Shown: positions 1 through 11,129 of the stretch, in pieces
How the letters are laid out: every line of letters begins with the position of its first letter
Position numbering within the stretch: position 1 is the stretch's first letter
Origin: Mobula hypostoma
Lineage: Eukaryota
NCBI RefSeq assembly: GCF_963921235.1
Contig: NC_086097.1
Coordinates: 6,758,001-6,822,000 of the forward strand
Reading direction: 5' to 3'
DNA length: 64,000 bases
The notes under the pieces: model-generated
The model's database searches: none
What the model was told of the DNA's origin: nothing
The model's input: only the letters and a program-made list of their open reading frames with translations
Translations under genes and position numbers: made by a program

Positions 1-289
1 TGTAGGCAGCCAGGGTGGCCTCCATGGACCAAATGGCATTCTTTTAGTCGTGCAATCTCTCAAGTCTGGTACTATGTTCACCTAAGATGGGGGCTCCCAA
101 AACTTTTTGTGCCAATGAGCCCTTATCACCAACTGAAGGGTCTATGGACCCCTGCCCTACGGGCTGTCTAATTGTGGGTCCTCAGGTGGCTGTCGAGACC
201 AGTCTGGGATCTACATGTTCTAGTGCCATGTTGACACAAGTGGTGGCTGTGGTTAGTGGTTGGGTATTTTGGTTGTTCAATCTCTTCTT

Positions 290-650
290 CCATAGCTGCC
301 GCTTGTTCTCTGCGACACAGCGAAGGTTACTCACGTGCACTACAGTTCCCTCTTGAACAGGTTTCCTTCAGGTGTTTCCATTCAAAGCAATGCCTTCCCA
401 GCTTTTAGGTGTAATTTTGAATTTCTTCAGGCTGTTTTTTGATGTTACCTTTGAGTTTTTTCTTTGCCTACTAGGGGCTCACTGACCTTCCCTCAGCTGG
501 GAGTAAAGGATCTTTCTGGGAAGACGAGAGTAAGTCATCCAGATCACATGACCTGTCAATCAGAGTTGGTGTTGCTCTTTCGTGGTGGAGATGATGTTTA
601 TGTTGGCTTCCTCCAGTATGCTGGTGTTAGTGAGTCTGTCCTTCCAGATG
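290..650 (-). mobile_element. RTE-clade LINE 3' ORF remnant
   Basis: Minus-strand translation resembles the RTE C-terminus (GHVIW..SRLPRKILYSQLREGQ..GRQRK..KNSLKKF..WE). Degraded; boundaries approximate. Confidence 0.65.
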
Positions 651-1150
651 ATAGAACATAGAACATAAAAATCTACAGCACATTACAGGCCCTTCAGCCC
701 ACAATGTTGTGCGGACCATGTAAACTATTTTAGAAACTGCTAGAATTTCCGTAGTGCATAGTCCTCTATTTTTCTAAGCTTCATATACCTATCTAAGAGT
801 CTCTTAACTGACCCTATTGTATCTCCCTCTACCACCGTTCCACGCACCCACCACTCTCTGTGTGAAAATCCCCTCTGTACCAACTTCTAAGCACCTTAAA
901 ACTATACCCCCTCATGTTAGTTATTTCAGCCCTCAGTAAAAGGCTCTGGCCTTTTGATCAATGCCTCTCATCATCTTATACACCTCTATCAGTTCACCTC
1001 TCATCCTCCGTCGCTCCAAACAGAAAAGGCCAAGTTTAATCAACCTGTTCTCATAAGGCATGCTCTCTAAATCAGGCAACATCCTTGTAAGTCTCCTCAT
1101 TGCCCTCTATATAGTATCCACACCCTTCCTTAGTGAGGTGACCAGATCTG
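651..1150 (-). mobile_element. CR1 LINE 3' fragment
   Basis: Starts with the reversed CR1 tail (tagaacatagaacata) and the ggcccttcagccc stem. Homologous to the 3' end of 11130-13557. Confidence 0.85.
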
Positions 1151-1276
1151 AACCGATCCTCAAGATCTTTTGTAAAATCGTTCATTTTATCATGATAATG
1201 TAAATCAATATTATATCAACAAAGGGTGTGCAAGCTAAATGGATTAGCATGGTTCAAGATAGGGAACAGGATAGGG

Positions 1277-1600
1277 CCATGCTCTGTTCTCTGATATCCA
1301 CCGTCAGCGGTCCCCAACACTCAGACAATGTCTCGTCTCTGATATCCACCATCAGGGATTCCCACCACTCAGACCATGCTCTGTTCTCTGATATCCACTG
1401 TCAAGGGTCCCAACCACTCAGACGATGTCTCGTCTCTGATATCCACCGTCAGGGGTACCCATCACCCAGACCATACTCTGTTCTCTGATATCCACCGTCA
1501 GGGATTCTCACCACCCAGGCCATTCTCTCCTCTCTGACATCCATCATCAGGGATTCTCACAACCAGGCCATGCACCTGTCTCTGATATCCACCAATCAGG
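1277..1600 (+). repeat. Minisatellite, about 6.7 copies of alternating 49/48-bp units, derived from a Rex1/Babar-like LINE 3' segment
   Basis: Units start at 1277, 1326, 1374, 1423, 1471, 1520 and 1568, with core tctctgatatccacc.tcaggg. The array runs into ccatgctctcctctcactgctgccatcagg (HAL.SLLPSGRKYKS). Confidence 0.9.
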
Positions 1601-2002
1601 CCATGCTCTCCTCTCACTGCTGCCATCAGGTAGAAAGTACAAGAGCCTCATGACTCACACCAGCAGGCTCAGGAGCAGCTGCTACCCCTCAACCATCAGG
1701 CTCTTGAACAAAGGGTATAAATGCACTGAATTACCCCATTAATTGAGATGTTCTCACAACCAATGACCTCATTTTAAGGACTCTTTATCTCATTATCTCA
1801 TGTTCTTATTTTGTATTGCTATTTATTTATATTTGCATTTGCACAGTTGGTTGTCTTCTGCACTCTGGTTGATCTTTCATTGATCCCTGTTATAATTATT
1901 ATTTTATAGATTTGCTGAGTATCCCCATAGAAAATGAATCTCTGGGTTGTATGTCGTGATACATATGTACTCTGGTAATAAAATTTATTTTAAACTTTGA
2001 AC
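1601..2002 (+). mobile_element. Rex1/Babar-like LINE 3' end
   Basis: SLLPSGRKYKSL motif and a 3'UTR ending aataaaa...aactttgaa, shared with many other copies in the window. Confidence 0.65.
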
Positions 2003-3001
2003 CCAGCACATATTTAAATAAACGTGTTGTGGATACTATTCAGTACATCATGGAAAACAGCCACCCGTGACACATTTCATGTGGCCTGAGTAAGGGAACC
2101 AAGACTGCACCTTCCCTGTAGCCGTGCACTTCTTCATTCTGCATTCTGTTATGGTTTTACCTCCTTACTGCCTCGATGTACTATAGTAATCAATTGATCA
2201 GTATGGACTGTATGTAAGCCATACTGCTCCTCGGTATGTGACAATAATAGACACATTTTATCAATTTACCAATTTTCTCTGGCAGTAATTACTACAATCT
2301 GCAATAGCAGGACAGTTTTATTTTCATCAGAGGCAAGATGTTCAGATGATTCTCCAACTTTTTCCCATTTTTTTTTCCATAAGGTAGCAATTGTCACATT
2401 TCTACAGAACCAGAAAGAAAAAGATTTTCGATTAGCTCTTCAGTCATGATTTAAGCTTAGCTGGGTGGCTTGCTTCCATGAGATAGATGGGTCGCTACAT
2501 AATGGATATCTCCTTCCCCTTCCTACCCCAACAGCTGAATGACACTGGGGGGCACTTATTTTCAAGTAAGAGTGATATGAAACTATTACCTCAATCATCC
2601 ACCCAATGACGCAATCATTTATCCTCATTACCATGTTAAAGACCAATATTGGAAAAAAACATGCAAAGAGAAAACAGACCCTTCTCTAAATGTTGAACTG
2701 ACTTTCCTACTTAAGTTTCTTGCAGGAATGTCCAACAGATTATTTTTAAAATTATGAAAAATCAAGGTAAGCTGAATGTCCATTGCATGCACGAGGATCC
2801 AGTGTTGGTCTGACTTTCTCCACAGAAAGGTTGCACTGGAGAACAGTGAAATATCAGCACACATACCTTCCCAAAAGTAATCTTCAATGAATCTCAAGCA
2901 CCTATGAGCATCAAAACAGCTGATTAGGAGTATTTGAGGAGAAAGAGAATTCATTTTTCAATGCTCTATTACTCTGTAACGTTATGACACCTTGCTTCAG
3001 T

Positions 3002-3293
3002 GGGCACCATGGTAACGTAGCAGTTCGTGCGACATGACAAATCTTGGGTGTCAGAGTTTAGAGTTCAAACCAGCATCCGACGTAAGGAATCTGCACATCC
3101 TCCCCATGGAATGTGTGTTTCCTCTGGGTGCTCCTGTTTCCTCCCACAGTCCAAAGTCGAATTAGTGAGTCAGTTAATTGGTCATTGTAAATTCTCCAAT
3201 GATTTGGATAGGCTTAAATAGATGGGTTGCTAGGCAGTGAGGCTGGTGGGGCTGGAAGGGCCTGTTCTGCACTGGGTTATCTCTAAATAAATA
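3002..3293 (+). mobile_element. V-domain tRNA-derived SINE (HE1-like)
   Basis: Degenerate A/B-box-like head, central ttcctctgggtgctcctgtttcctcccacagtccaaag core, (taaa)n tail. Other copies at about 10545-10720, 14795-15080, 16380-16540, 16905-17190, 27445-27705, 34095-34390, 40085-40245, 46430-46975, 47175-47420 and 61395-61530. Confidence 0.7.
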
Positions 3294-3301
3294 GGTAGAT
3301 A

Positions 3302-3764
3302 CAATACTGTGCAAAAGTCTTAGATATATACGTAATTTTATGTATTGCACTGTAATGCTGCTGCAAAAAAAAACAACAAATTTCATGACACGTGTGAGTG
3401 ATGATAAACCTGATTCTGAGATGGGTCTCTCTTGTGGACTGAAAGTGGAGGAAGGAGGAGAGGGAGAGAGAAAGGGAGAGGGAGGGAGCAGGAAGCACCA
3501 GAGAGACATTTTGTAGATCAATAAACCAATTGTTTGGAATTAAATAACCTTTCCTGGTGTCTCAGGGATGGGTTCATCTGCACCCATGCCAACTCCACCC
3601 GGGCAAGTCCTTCTCTGCCTCCACCCTTGCCATTCCCAGCATGCTTTGCTCCTGCCAGATTTACAAACTCACTCTCTGATCCACATTGACAAATTCAGTA
3701 CTGTGCAAGTTTTAGGACCCTAGCAATACACAGTATATGTGCCTAAGACTTTTGCACAGTGCTG
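3302..3764. mobile_element. Tc1/mariner-type non-autonomous element (MITE), copy 1
   Basis: Termini caatactgtgcaaaagtcttag ... ctaagacttttgcacagtgctg flanked by TA. An extra internal TIR near 3696 and an internal LINE-tail-like segment are present. Confidence 0.8.
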
Positions 3765-6103
3765 TAAATAAATAAATATATAAATAAATAACATGATCCC
3801 TGTCATATTATATTTGTTGAAAATATGTTGAAAAGTATGCAATTTTCTTCCCTTTTTGCACAGAGCTGGAATGTAATCTGTTCAGTTTCTAAACGTCGAC
3901 AGAAGTGATGTTGTATCGGGCACGCTAAAGCACTTTACATTCTTTTTAGCTGCAGTGTGCAAATCACAAATCTTAACCATCCGAAATGATAATGTGGAGC
4001 ATTAATCTCAGTTTAAATCCGCAGGCTTGAAGGCTTTTCTGATCTATTAATCCAATTCCCATTTAACTAATCACAGAAGTATGCCTGCTCCTTCTATAAT
4101 TACTGATCATTAATGAAATCTCAGGAATGCGGTGCTTTAAGACATGGTGTCGTGAAACATGACGCGGTTTGCTAGCTGGTAGTTATGAAGGGAGGCAGGA
4201 GCTATTTCCCTCCCCTCCAAGTACCTGAGCGAATAGCAATATCGACATAAGACTGTAAAGAAGATAAATTATTCAAAGAGTTAATTGTATCCATCGATCT
4301 ATGCAAACTGATAAAAATAAACAACTCTCAGCTGTTGAAAGAAAATGATTTTTACATCATTCTGCAAAAATCTTCACAACTGATTAGCTGAGCGGAAATT
4401 CCAGATCAAATTATTGATTTTAATATATTTTCTATAAAATGTGTATCCATACAAATAAAACAATATTGGTTTTAAAATTTACAATGACAATTCTAGACTT
4501 CTTACCATTAATAAATCTGTTTTCCCTTAATCCACTCCAAAAATAGGCATTTTCTCCCCAGTTTACCATTTCCATCTGTCTCCTTCTGCTGCGAACGCAC
4601 TGCCCACGTTACTGTAGAAGACTAAAGCTCTGAAGCAGATCCCTAAACCAGCCAGCCTTGACAGACAACTGTGCATGTCACCAGCGTCTTGTTGCGTTGG
4701 CAGATGGAGAGAAAGTAATAGATGAGCCTAATCTATGCCTTCTAGCAGAACATTTTCTGGATGAAACTTGATTTTGTCCCCACCCTCCTCATTGCCCAAC
4801 CAATCGCCCTTGATCCACTGCAACACACACATAAAATGCTGGAAGAATTCAGCTGGCCGGGCAGCGTATATGGAAATGAGAAAACAGCTGTTGCTTCAGT
4901 CTCAGACCTTTCTTCCTTTGCCCAAAAAAGATTTACCAACTCAACAGCATCCAGAAAACAAGCTTCAGAACTTGCTGCATGGGAATACTTTGGGCATATC
5001 ACTCAGTTTTTGTTTGTAGGATGGAAATAGAATAATAATTACAACACATTCAGCCCATTGTACTCATTGCAGAGCATGCTTATGTTACCCTCTTTGTTAC
5101 CCTATAACCCTGCGTTACATCCATTGAGTTATTTGCGGAGGTTGGATAGGCTAGGACTTTAATTCTTGGAGTGTAGGAGACTGAGAGGTGAGGTCATAGA
5201 AATGCATAAAATCATGAGGAGCGTAGGTGGGATGAATACACTCTGCTTTTATTTTCCCTCCCCAAGGAGTGATGAGAGACCTAAGCAAGGATAGCCAGGA
5301 GCCAAGTACTCGAGGACCCAAGACTAGAACTGAGACGCATATGAAACTGAGACAAGGACAGGGTTCTAAACTAGATGCTAGACAAGACTCCAAAGTAGAG
5401 CTGGCAACTGAGCAGCGAAACTCAGTTCAGGTGCTCTTTAAATATTAATATCCTGGCACCAAAACATGGCCTCCAATTAGCGGAATGGGTCTGGATCTTT
5501 AAAGAGGCCATGCCAGCTAACCCTATTCTGGAGAGTCAGAAAGTCTAAACCCTGAAAGCTAGTGCAGTTGGATGCATAGTGTAACACATGACTGGGGAAT
5601 CAAGAATTAAAGGACATAAGTTTAAGCTGAGAATGGAAAGATTTAATAGACACTTCAGGGGCATTTTTTTACACAAAAGCCAGTATCTAAGTAGAATGAG
5701 CTTCTAGAGGAAGTGTTGAGGCAAGAGCAAGAACAAAAACTGGAGTGTCTAGAACATTAAAGGCCAAATGTTGGGAAATGCATCTTGTGTGGATGGGACA
5801 TTTTGGTCAGCAATCTCTTTCCATGTTATAGAGTACTGTGCAAATGTCTCAGGCATTTACCATATACATAGCTAGGGTGCCTAAGACCTTTGTACAGTAT
5901 TGTATTTGTCAACATGGAGCAGAGGGCGAGTTTGTAAATCTGGCAGGAGCAAAGGATGATGGGAATGGCGAGTGTGGAGCACTGTGGGACAGATGACAGA
6001 AAAGGAGTGCCAGGTGCAGGGGTTGGCGTGGGTGCAGACACACCCAGCCCTGAGACACCAGGCAAGGTTATTTGATTCCAAATAATTAGTTTATTAATCA
6101 TTA

Positions 6104-6343
6104 TGTGGCAGCCTGCACACGTGGGACTCGAACTGCCATCGGGAGCCGCAGGCAGACACGTGGTAGCGCGTTTGGAACTACGTGCTCAGGGCGGACCTTC
6201 TGGGGCAGTCTGACGTCATGTCCACCCTGCGGGTCGCAGGGGCCCATGGGAGGGGAGATTTAAGCGCACGATTGTGAATCAGTAAAGGCATTCTGAGTTC
6301 AGCTCTCTCTGCCTCCGTGTGTTTCTTTAGTAGCACGTTTGCT
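6104..6343 (+). repeat. 5' LTR, truncated at its 3' end; a deletion removes the LTR end, PBS and gag start
   Basis: Begins TG and aligns to 10036-10258, then jumps directly into gag (ADTTRYYYVVS). Confidence 0.85.
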
Positions 6344-6345
6344 AA

Positions 6346-7566
6346 GCTGACACCACGCGGTATTACTACGTGGTCAGCACACTCGACCAGGAGACGGCAG
6401 GCTGGATCATCGACTTCCTACGCCAGCCACCAACGGAGGACAGGTACACAAAGCTTAAGGCACTCCTGATCCGTACCTTCAGACTCTCCCACCGCAAACG
6501 GGCTGCGCAGCTCCTACACATGGACGGCCTGGGCGACCGCACGCCATCCGAGCTCATGAATGATATGCTGGCACTCATGGACAGCCATAAGCCGTGCCTT
6601 TTATTTGAACATTTGTTCCTCGAGCAAATGCCAGAGGACATTCGCCCCCTCCTTGCGAGTGAGGATTTCAGCGACCCACGTAGGGTCGCGGCTAAAGAAG
6701 ACGAACTTTGGCAGAGCAAGCAACCTGGAGTAGCCTCCATTGGCCAAGCCACGATTGCGCGCCCCAAAGCCCAGGTCCCACAACCGAAGCAGTCAAGACC
6801 CATGGGGAAAAAAGACGAAAGTTCGGAACAATGGTGTTTCTATCACCAAAGATGGGGCTCAGGTGCGTGCTGCTGCCGTCCACCATGTGCTTTTCTGGGA
6901 AACGCCGGGGCCCAGCCGTCGCTAATGGCTACGACGGCTGGCCACCGAGACAGCCTCCCGTACCTCTGGGACCGACACTCTGGGCAGCGCTTCCTGGTAG
7001 ACAGCGGGGCCGAAGTCAGCGTACTCACCCCCTCAAACATGGACACTCGTAACGCGGTCTCAGGCCCCGAACTCACCGCTGCAAATGGCACCAGTATTCG
7101 GACGTACGGTTCCCGAACTATCTCACTGCATTTCGGGTCCAACCGTTTCACTTGGACTTTCACGTTGGCAGCGGTGTCACAGCCACTACTAGGGGCAGAT
7201 TTCCTACGAGCCAACTGCCTCCTGGTCAACCTAAAAGGCTGGCGTTTGGTCCACGCCGAGACATTCCAGACTTTCCAGCTTGGAGAAGCCAAGCCACCAG
7301 CCCTCCAACTGGATTCCGTGACTCTCTCGGGTAACGAATTCGCCAGGGTGTTGGCGGAATTCCCCTCCATAGCCACCCTGCAGTTCTCCATGGCCGACCC
7401 CTACTCGCCCCCTCGAACATGGACACTCGTAACGCAGTCCCAGGCCCCGAACTCACCGCTGCAAATGGCATCAGTATTCCGACGTACCCCGCAGTTCTCC
7501 ATGGCCGACCCCAAAAACGGCGCGCAGCACCACATCCCCACGCAAGGACCGCCGCTGCATGCCTGA
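6346..7566 (+). pseudogene. gag: gag + aspartic protease region
   Basis: CFYHQRWGSGACCCRPPC fits C-X2-H-X9-C-X3-C. Protease motifs LVDSGAEVS and LLGADFL. N-terminus deleted; ends at an in-frame TGA. Confidence 0.9.
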
Positions 7567-9990
7567 GCTCGCAGCCTCCCACCTGACAAGCTCTACCTCG
7601 CCAAGCAGGAGTTCAGTAGGATGGGAGGGATGGAAATCGGATGCTGCTCAGACAGCCCGTGGGCATCCCCGCTGCACATGGTGCCCAACTCCGCAGGAGG
7701 ATGGAGGCCCTGCGGAGACTACAGAAGGCTCAACGACGCCACAACCATCGACAGATATCCAGTACCCCACATCCAGGACTTCACGGCGAACCTGCTCAGA
7801 GCGACCATCTTCTCGAAAATCGACCTGGTCAGGGGATACCATCAGATCCCAGTGCACCCCAACGACATGCCCAAGACAGCGCTCATCACCCCGTTCGGCT
7901 TGTTCGAATTCCTGAGGATGCCTTTTGGTCTCAAGAATGCAGCCCAAACTTTCCAAAGGCACATGGACTCGGTGGGAAGTGGCCTGGATTTCGTTGTCAT
8001 TTACTTGGACGATATCCTGGTGGGCAGCAGTTCGCACCAAGAGCACGGGGCACATTTGCGCCAGCTCTGCCAACGCCTGAGCGACCATGGAATGGCAATC
8101 AATCTGGCGAAGTGCCAGTTCGGGCTGACAGAGATCGACTTCTTGGGCCACAGAGTCAACTGACATGGCATAGTTCCCCTACCGGACAAACTCTAGGCCA
8201 TTCGCCAGTTCCCCAAGCCCAGCACAGTCAAGGGCCTGCAGGAGTTCATAAGGATTGTCAATTTTTATCATCGGTTCGTGCCGACGGCGGCACGCATCAT
8301 GAGACCCTTGTTCAGCCTGAAGTGGCATGGAGTCCACAGAGGCGTTCGAGCAGGCCAAGGAAGCGCTGGCAAAGGCGGCCCTCCTAGTGCACTCGAGAGT
8401 CAATGTACCCACGGCACTCACAGTCGACGCTTCCAACATGGCAGTCAGCAATCCTGGAGCAGCTCGTCGAAGACCAGTGGCGACCACTCGCTTTCTTCAG
8501 CCTGCACCTACGGCCACCAGAGGTGAAGTACAGTGCTTTCGACAGAGAGTTGCTAGCGCTCTACCTGGCTGTCCGGCATTTCCGGTACTTCCTCGAGGAA
8601 AGGGAGTTCACTGTGTATACGGACCACAAGCCCCTCACCTTCGCACTGGCCAAGGCATCAGACCCATGGTCGGCTCGGCAGCAGAGGCACCTGTCCTTTA
8701 TATCAGAATTCACCACGGACGTCCGCCACATCGCAGAGAAGAACAACGTCGTCACCGACACACTGTCTCGCCCCTGCCTCCATTCAGTAGGCATATCATC
8801 CTCAGGAATAGACTACGCAGCAATGGCGGAAGCACAACGGTCGGACACCGAGATCCCGGCTTACCGCACCACTGTTTCGGGGCTCCAGTTGGAGGACGTC
8901 TCCATCGGCCTGGCAGCAGATCGACTCCTGTGCGACGTGTCTACCAGCAAACCCCGACCCGTGGTACCAGCAGCATGGAGGCGCCGGGTGTTCCACACGC
9001 TGCACGACCTGGCTCACCCGTCCATCCGGGCGTCCGTCAAGCTGATAGTGGACAGATTCGTCTGGCACGGTTTGCACAAACAGGTCGGACACTGGGCCAG
9101 GACCTGCGTACACTGCCAGACCGCCAAAGTCCAGCGACACGTGAAGGCTCCCCTCCAGCAGTTCCAGCCGACGCACAGGAGGCTCCAACACATCCACGTG
9201 GACATCGTCGGCCCCCTGCCAGTCTCCCGGGGCGCCAGGTATATCTTTACCATGGTAGACAGGTTCACCAGATAGCCGGAAGCCATACCACTCGCAGACA
9301 CGTCCACTGAGACCTGCGCCAGGACGCTCAATGCAAACCAGATCACCAGGTTCGGCCTCCCAACGGACATCACCTCCGACAGAGGGGCGCAGTTCACATC
9401 TGGTGTGAGGACAGCACTGGCGCAGCTCCTGGGCATCCAGCTGCATCCCACCACAACGTACCATCCCCAGTCCAACGGTTTGGTACAGCGATTCCAGTGG
9501 GATCTCCAATCCGCCCTGATGGCGCACCTCAGGGGCCCCAACGGGACAGATGAGCTTCCCTGGGTCCTACTGGGCATCCGCACAGCCCCCAAGGAGGACC
9601 TGGACAACTCCTCCGCGGAATTGTCTATGTCATCTCCCTGACAGTCCCAGGCGAGTTCGTACCAGAGGCCCGAGGTTCGGAAGAAACTCCAGCAGCGGTG
9701 CTAACGAGGCTGCGGGACAAGGTAGGGACCCTGGCACCGGTCCTGACCTCCAGGCATGGTCCCACGCCATCCTCCACCCCTAAAGACCTCCGAGACTGTG
9801 AGTATGTTTTTAGTCGCAGAGGCATGCACAGGTCGCCTCTACGGCGGCCGTACGAGGGACCCTTCAAGGTGATCCAGCACAATGGAGCCACGTGTGTTGT
9901 GGAGGTGGGTGGCTGGGAAGAGACTTCTACAGTGGACCGCCTCAAACCGGCACTCTTGGACATTGAGCAACCAGTGAGGGTACCCGCACC
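7567..9990 (+). pseudogene. pol: pol remnant: RT, RNase H, integrase
   Basis: RT: WASPLHMV, MPFGLKNAAQTFQR, YLDD. RNase H: VDAS, YSAFDRELLA, TDHKPL. Integrase: H..AH / CVHC zinc motif, HVDIVGPLP, TSDRGAQF, NGLVQRF (catalytic E read as Q), PYEGPF. Several stops and frameshifts. Confidence 0.93.
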
Positions 9991-10035
9991 GCTACCCAGG
10001 CAAGCCACACAGAGTGGGCGTTACTGGGGAGGTGG

Positions 10036-10268
10036 TGCGGCGGCCTGCACCCACGGGACTCGAACCGCCATCGGAAGACGCGAGCAGACACGGAGTAGTG
10101 CATTTGGAACTACTTGTTCGGGGCGGACCCTCCGGGGACAGTCTGACATCACGTCCGCCCATGGGAGGGGAGATTTAAGCGTGCGATTTTGAATCAGTAA
10201 AAGCATTCTGAGTTCAGCTCTCTCTGCCTCCGTGTGTTTCTTTAGTAGCGCATTTGCGCATGACTAAA
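10036..10268 (+). repeat. 3' LTR
   Basis: TG start after the PPT. Ends ...tgactaaa (terminal CA apparently mutated), followed by TSD ATTA. Confidence 0.88.
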
Positions 10269-11129
10269 ATTACATAATATTTCTCTGGTGCTTCCTGCTC
10301 CCTCCCCTCTCCCTTCCCCTTTTCCCAACCATGATTCCCCTCTCCCTGCCCCCTTCCCACTCTCAGTCCACAATAGAGACCCAGATCAGAATCAGGTTTA
10401 TCATCACTCACATAGGTCATGAAGTTTGTGTTTTTTTTTAAGCATCAGTACAGTGTAATACATAAATTACTACAGTACTGAGCAAAATTCTTAGGTTCCC
10501 GTACTATATACATATATTTGCCTAAGACCTCTTGCACAGTACTGTATTTATTTTATTTATTTAGAGAGACAGCCTGGATAAAGTCCTTCTAGCCCAACAA
10601 GTTGTGTTGCCGGGCAACACACCTATTTAACCCTAGCCTGATCACAGGACAATTTACAATGACCAATTAACCTGCTAACTGTTACATTTTTGGGCTGTGG
10701 GAGAACATTGGAGCAATCAAAATAAACACACGCAGCAGATGATTCCAGTGAAATACTTTGTCTCCATAAGGAAGAGGTGCATATACAGCATTCCTATTTT
10801 TAATTTTCCTGACCTAGACCCAAGGCTCAGAAATGCAATGCTAAGTGTTTACACACTGAACGTGTGGTCACTGATAATGGTGAAATAGCAACTTTTCTTG
10901 CTGTATGGAAACCACAAGTATATGCTTGTCTCTTTATCAGGCACTAAATCAAACTCGAGATGAAAGACCTACTTCTCCATGCACTGAGACACTCAAGCAA
11001 ATGGAAAAGAAAAATAATGCTGAAAATATCACTGATGATCAGAACTAGGTTTAATATCACTGGCATATTTGGTCAAATTTGTTGTTTTGCAGCAGCGGTA
11101 CGGTGTATAAATTACAATAAGAAATATAT

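Larger units (their letters stand above)
6104..10268 (+). mobile_element. Gypsy/Ty3 LTR retrotransposon (CsRn1/Kabuki-like), decayed
   Basis: Two homologous LTRs (6104 to about 6343; 10036-10268), TSD ATTA at 6100-6103 and 10269-10272, purine tract ggggaggtgg before the 3' LTR, and PR-RT-RH-IN domain order. Confidence 0.95.
5831..10544. mobile_element. Same MITE family, copy 2 (opposite orientation), split by the Gypsy insertion
   Basis: 5831-6103 plus 10269-10544 rejoin to the reverse complement of 3302-3764. TA-flanked gagtactgtgcaaa / ttgcacagtactg ends. Confidence 0.8.

Noticed and set aside
1277..1600. CRISPR-like regular array
   Set aside because: Whole units repeat with no unique spacers, there are no cas genes, and the context is a eukaryotic LINE.
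2726..2767. Short segment between a good acceptor (ttcttgcag) and donor (aag/gtaagc)
   Set aside because: No recognisable peptide and no compatible neighbouring exons; could arise by chance.
5268..5590. Possible solo LTR interrupting a CR1 fragment
   Set aside because: An insertion is plausible, but I could not establish a TSD or firm termini.
6366..10192. Many overlapping and antisense ORFs in the Gypsy body, including a possible env-like third ORF (9698-10192)
   Set aside because: These are expected in GC-rich DNA. 9698-10192 is the integrase GPY/F tail reading into the LTR.
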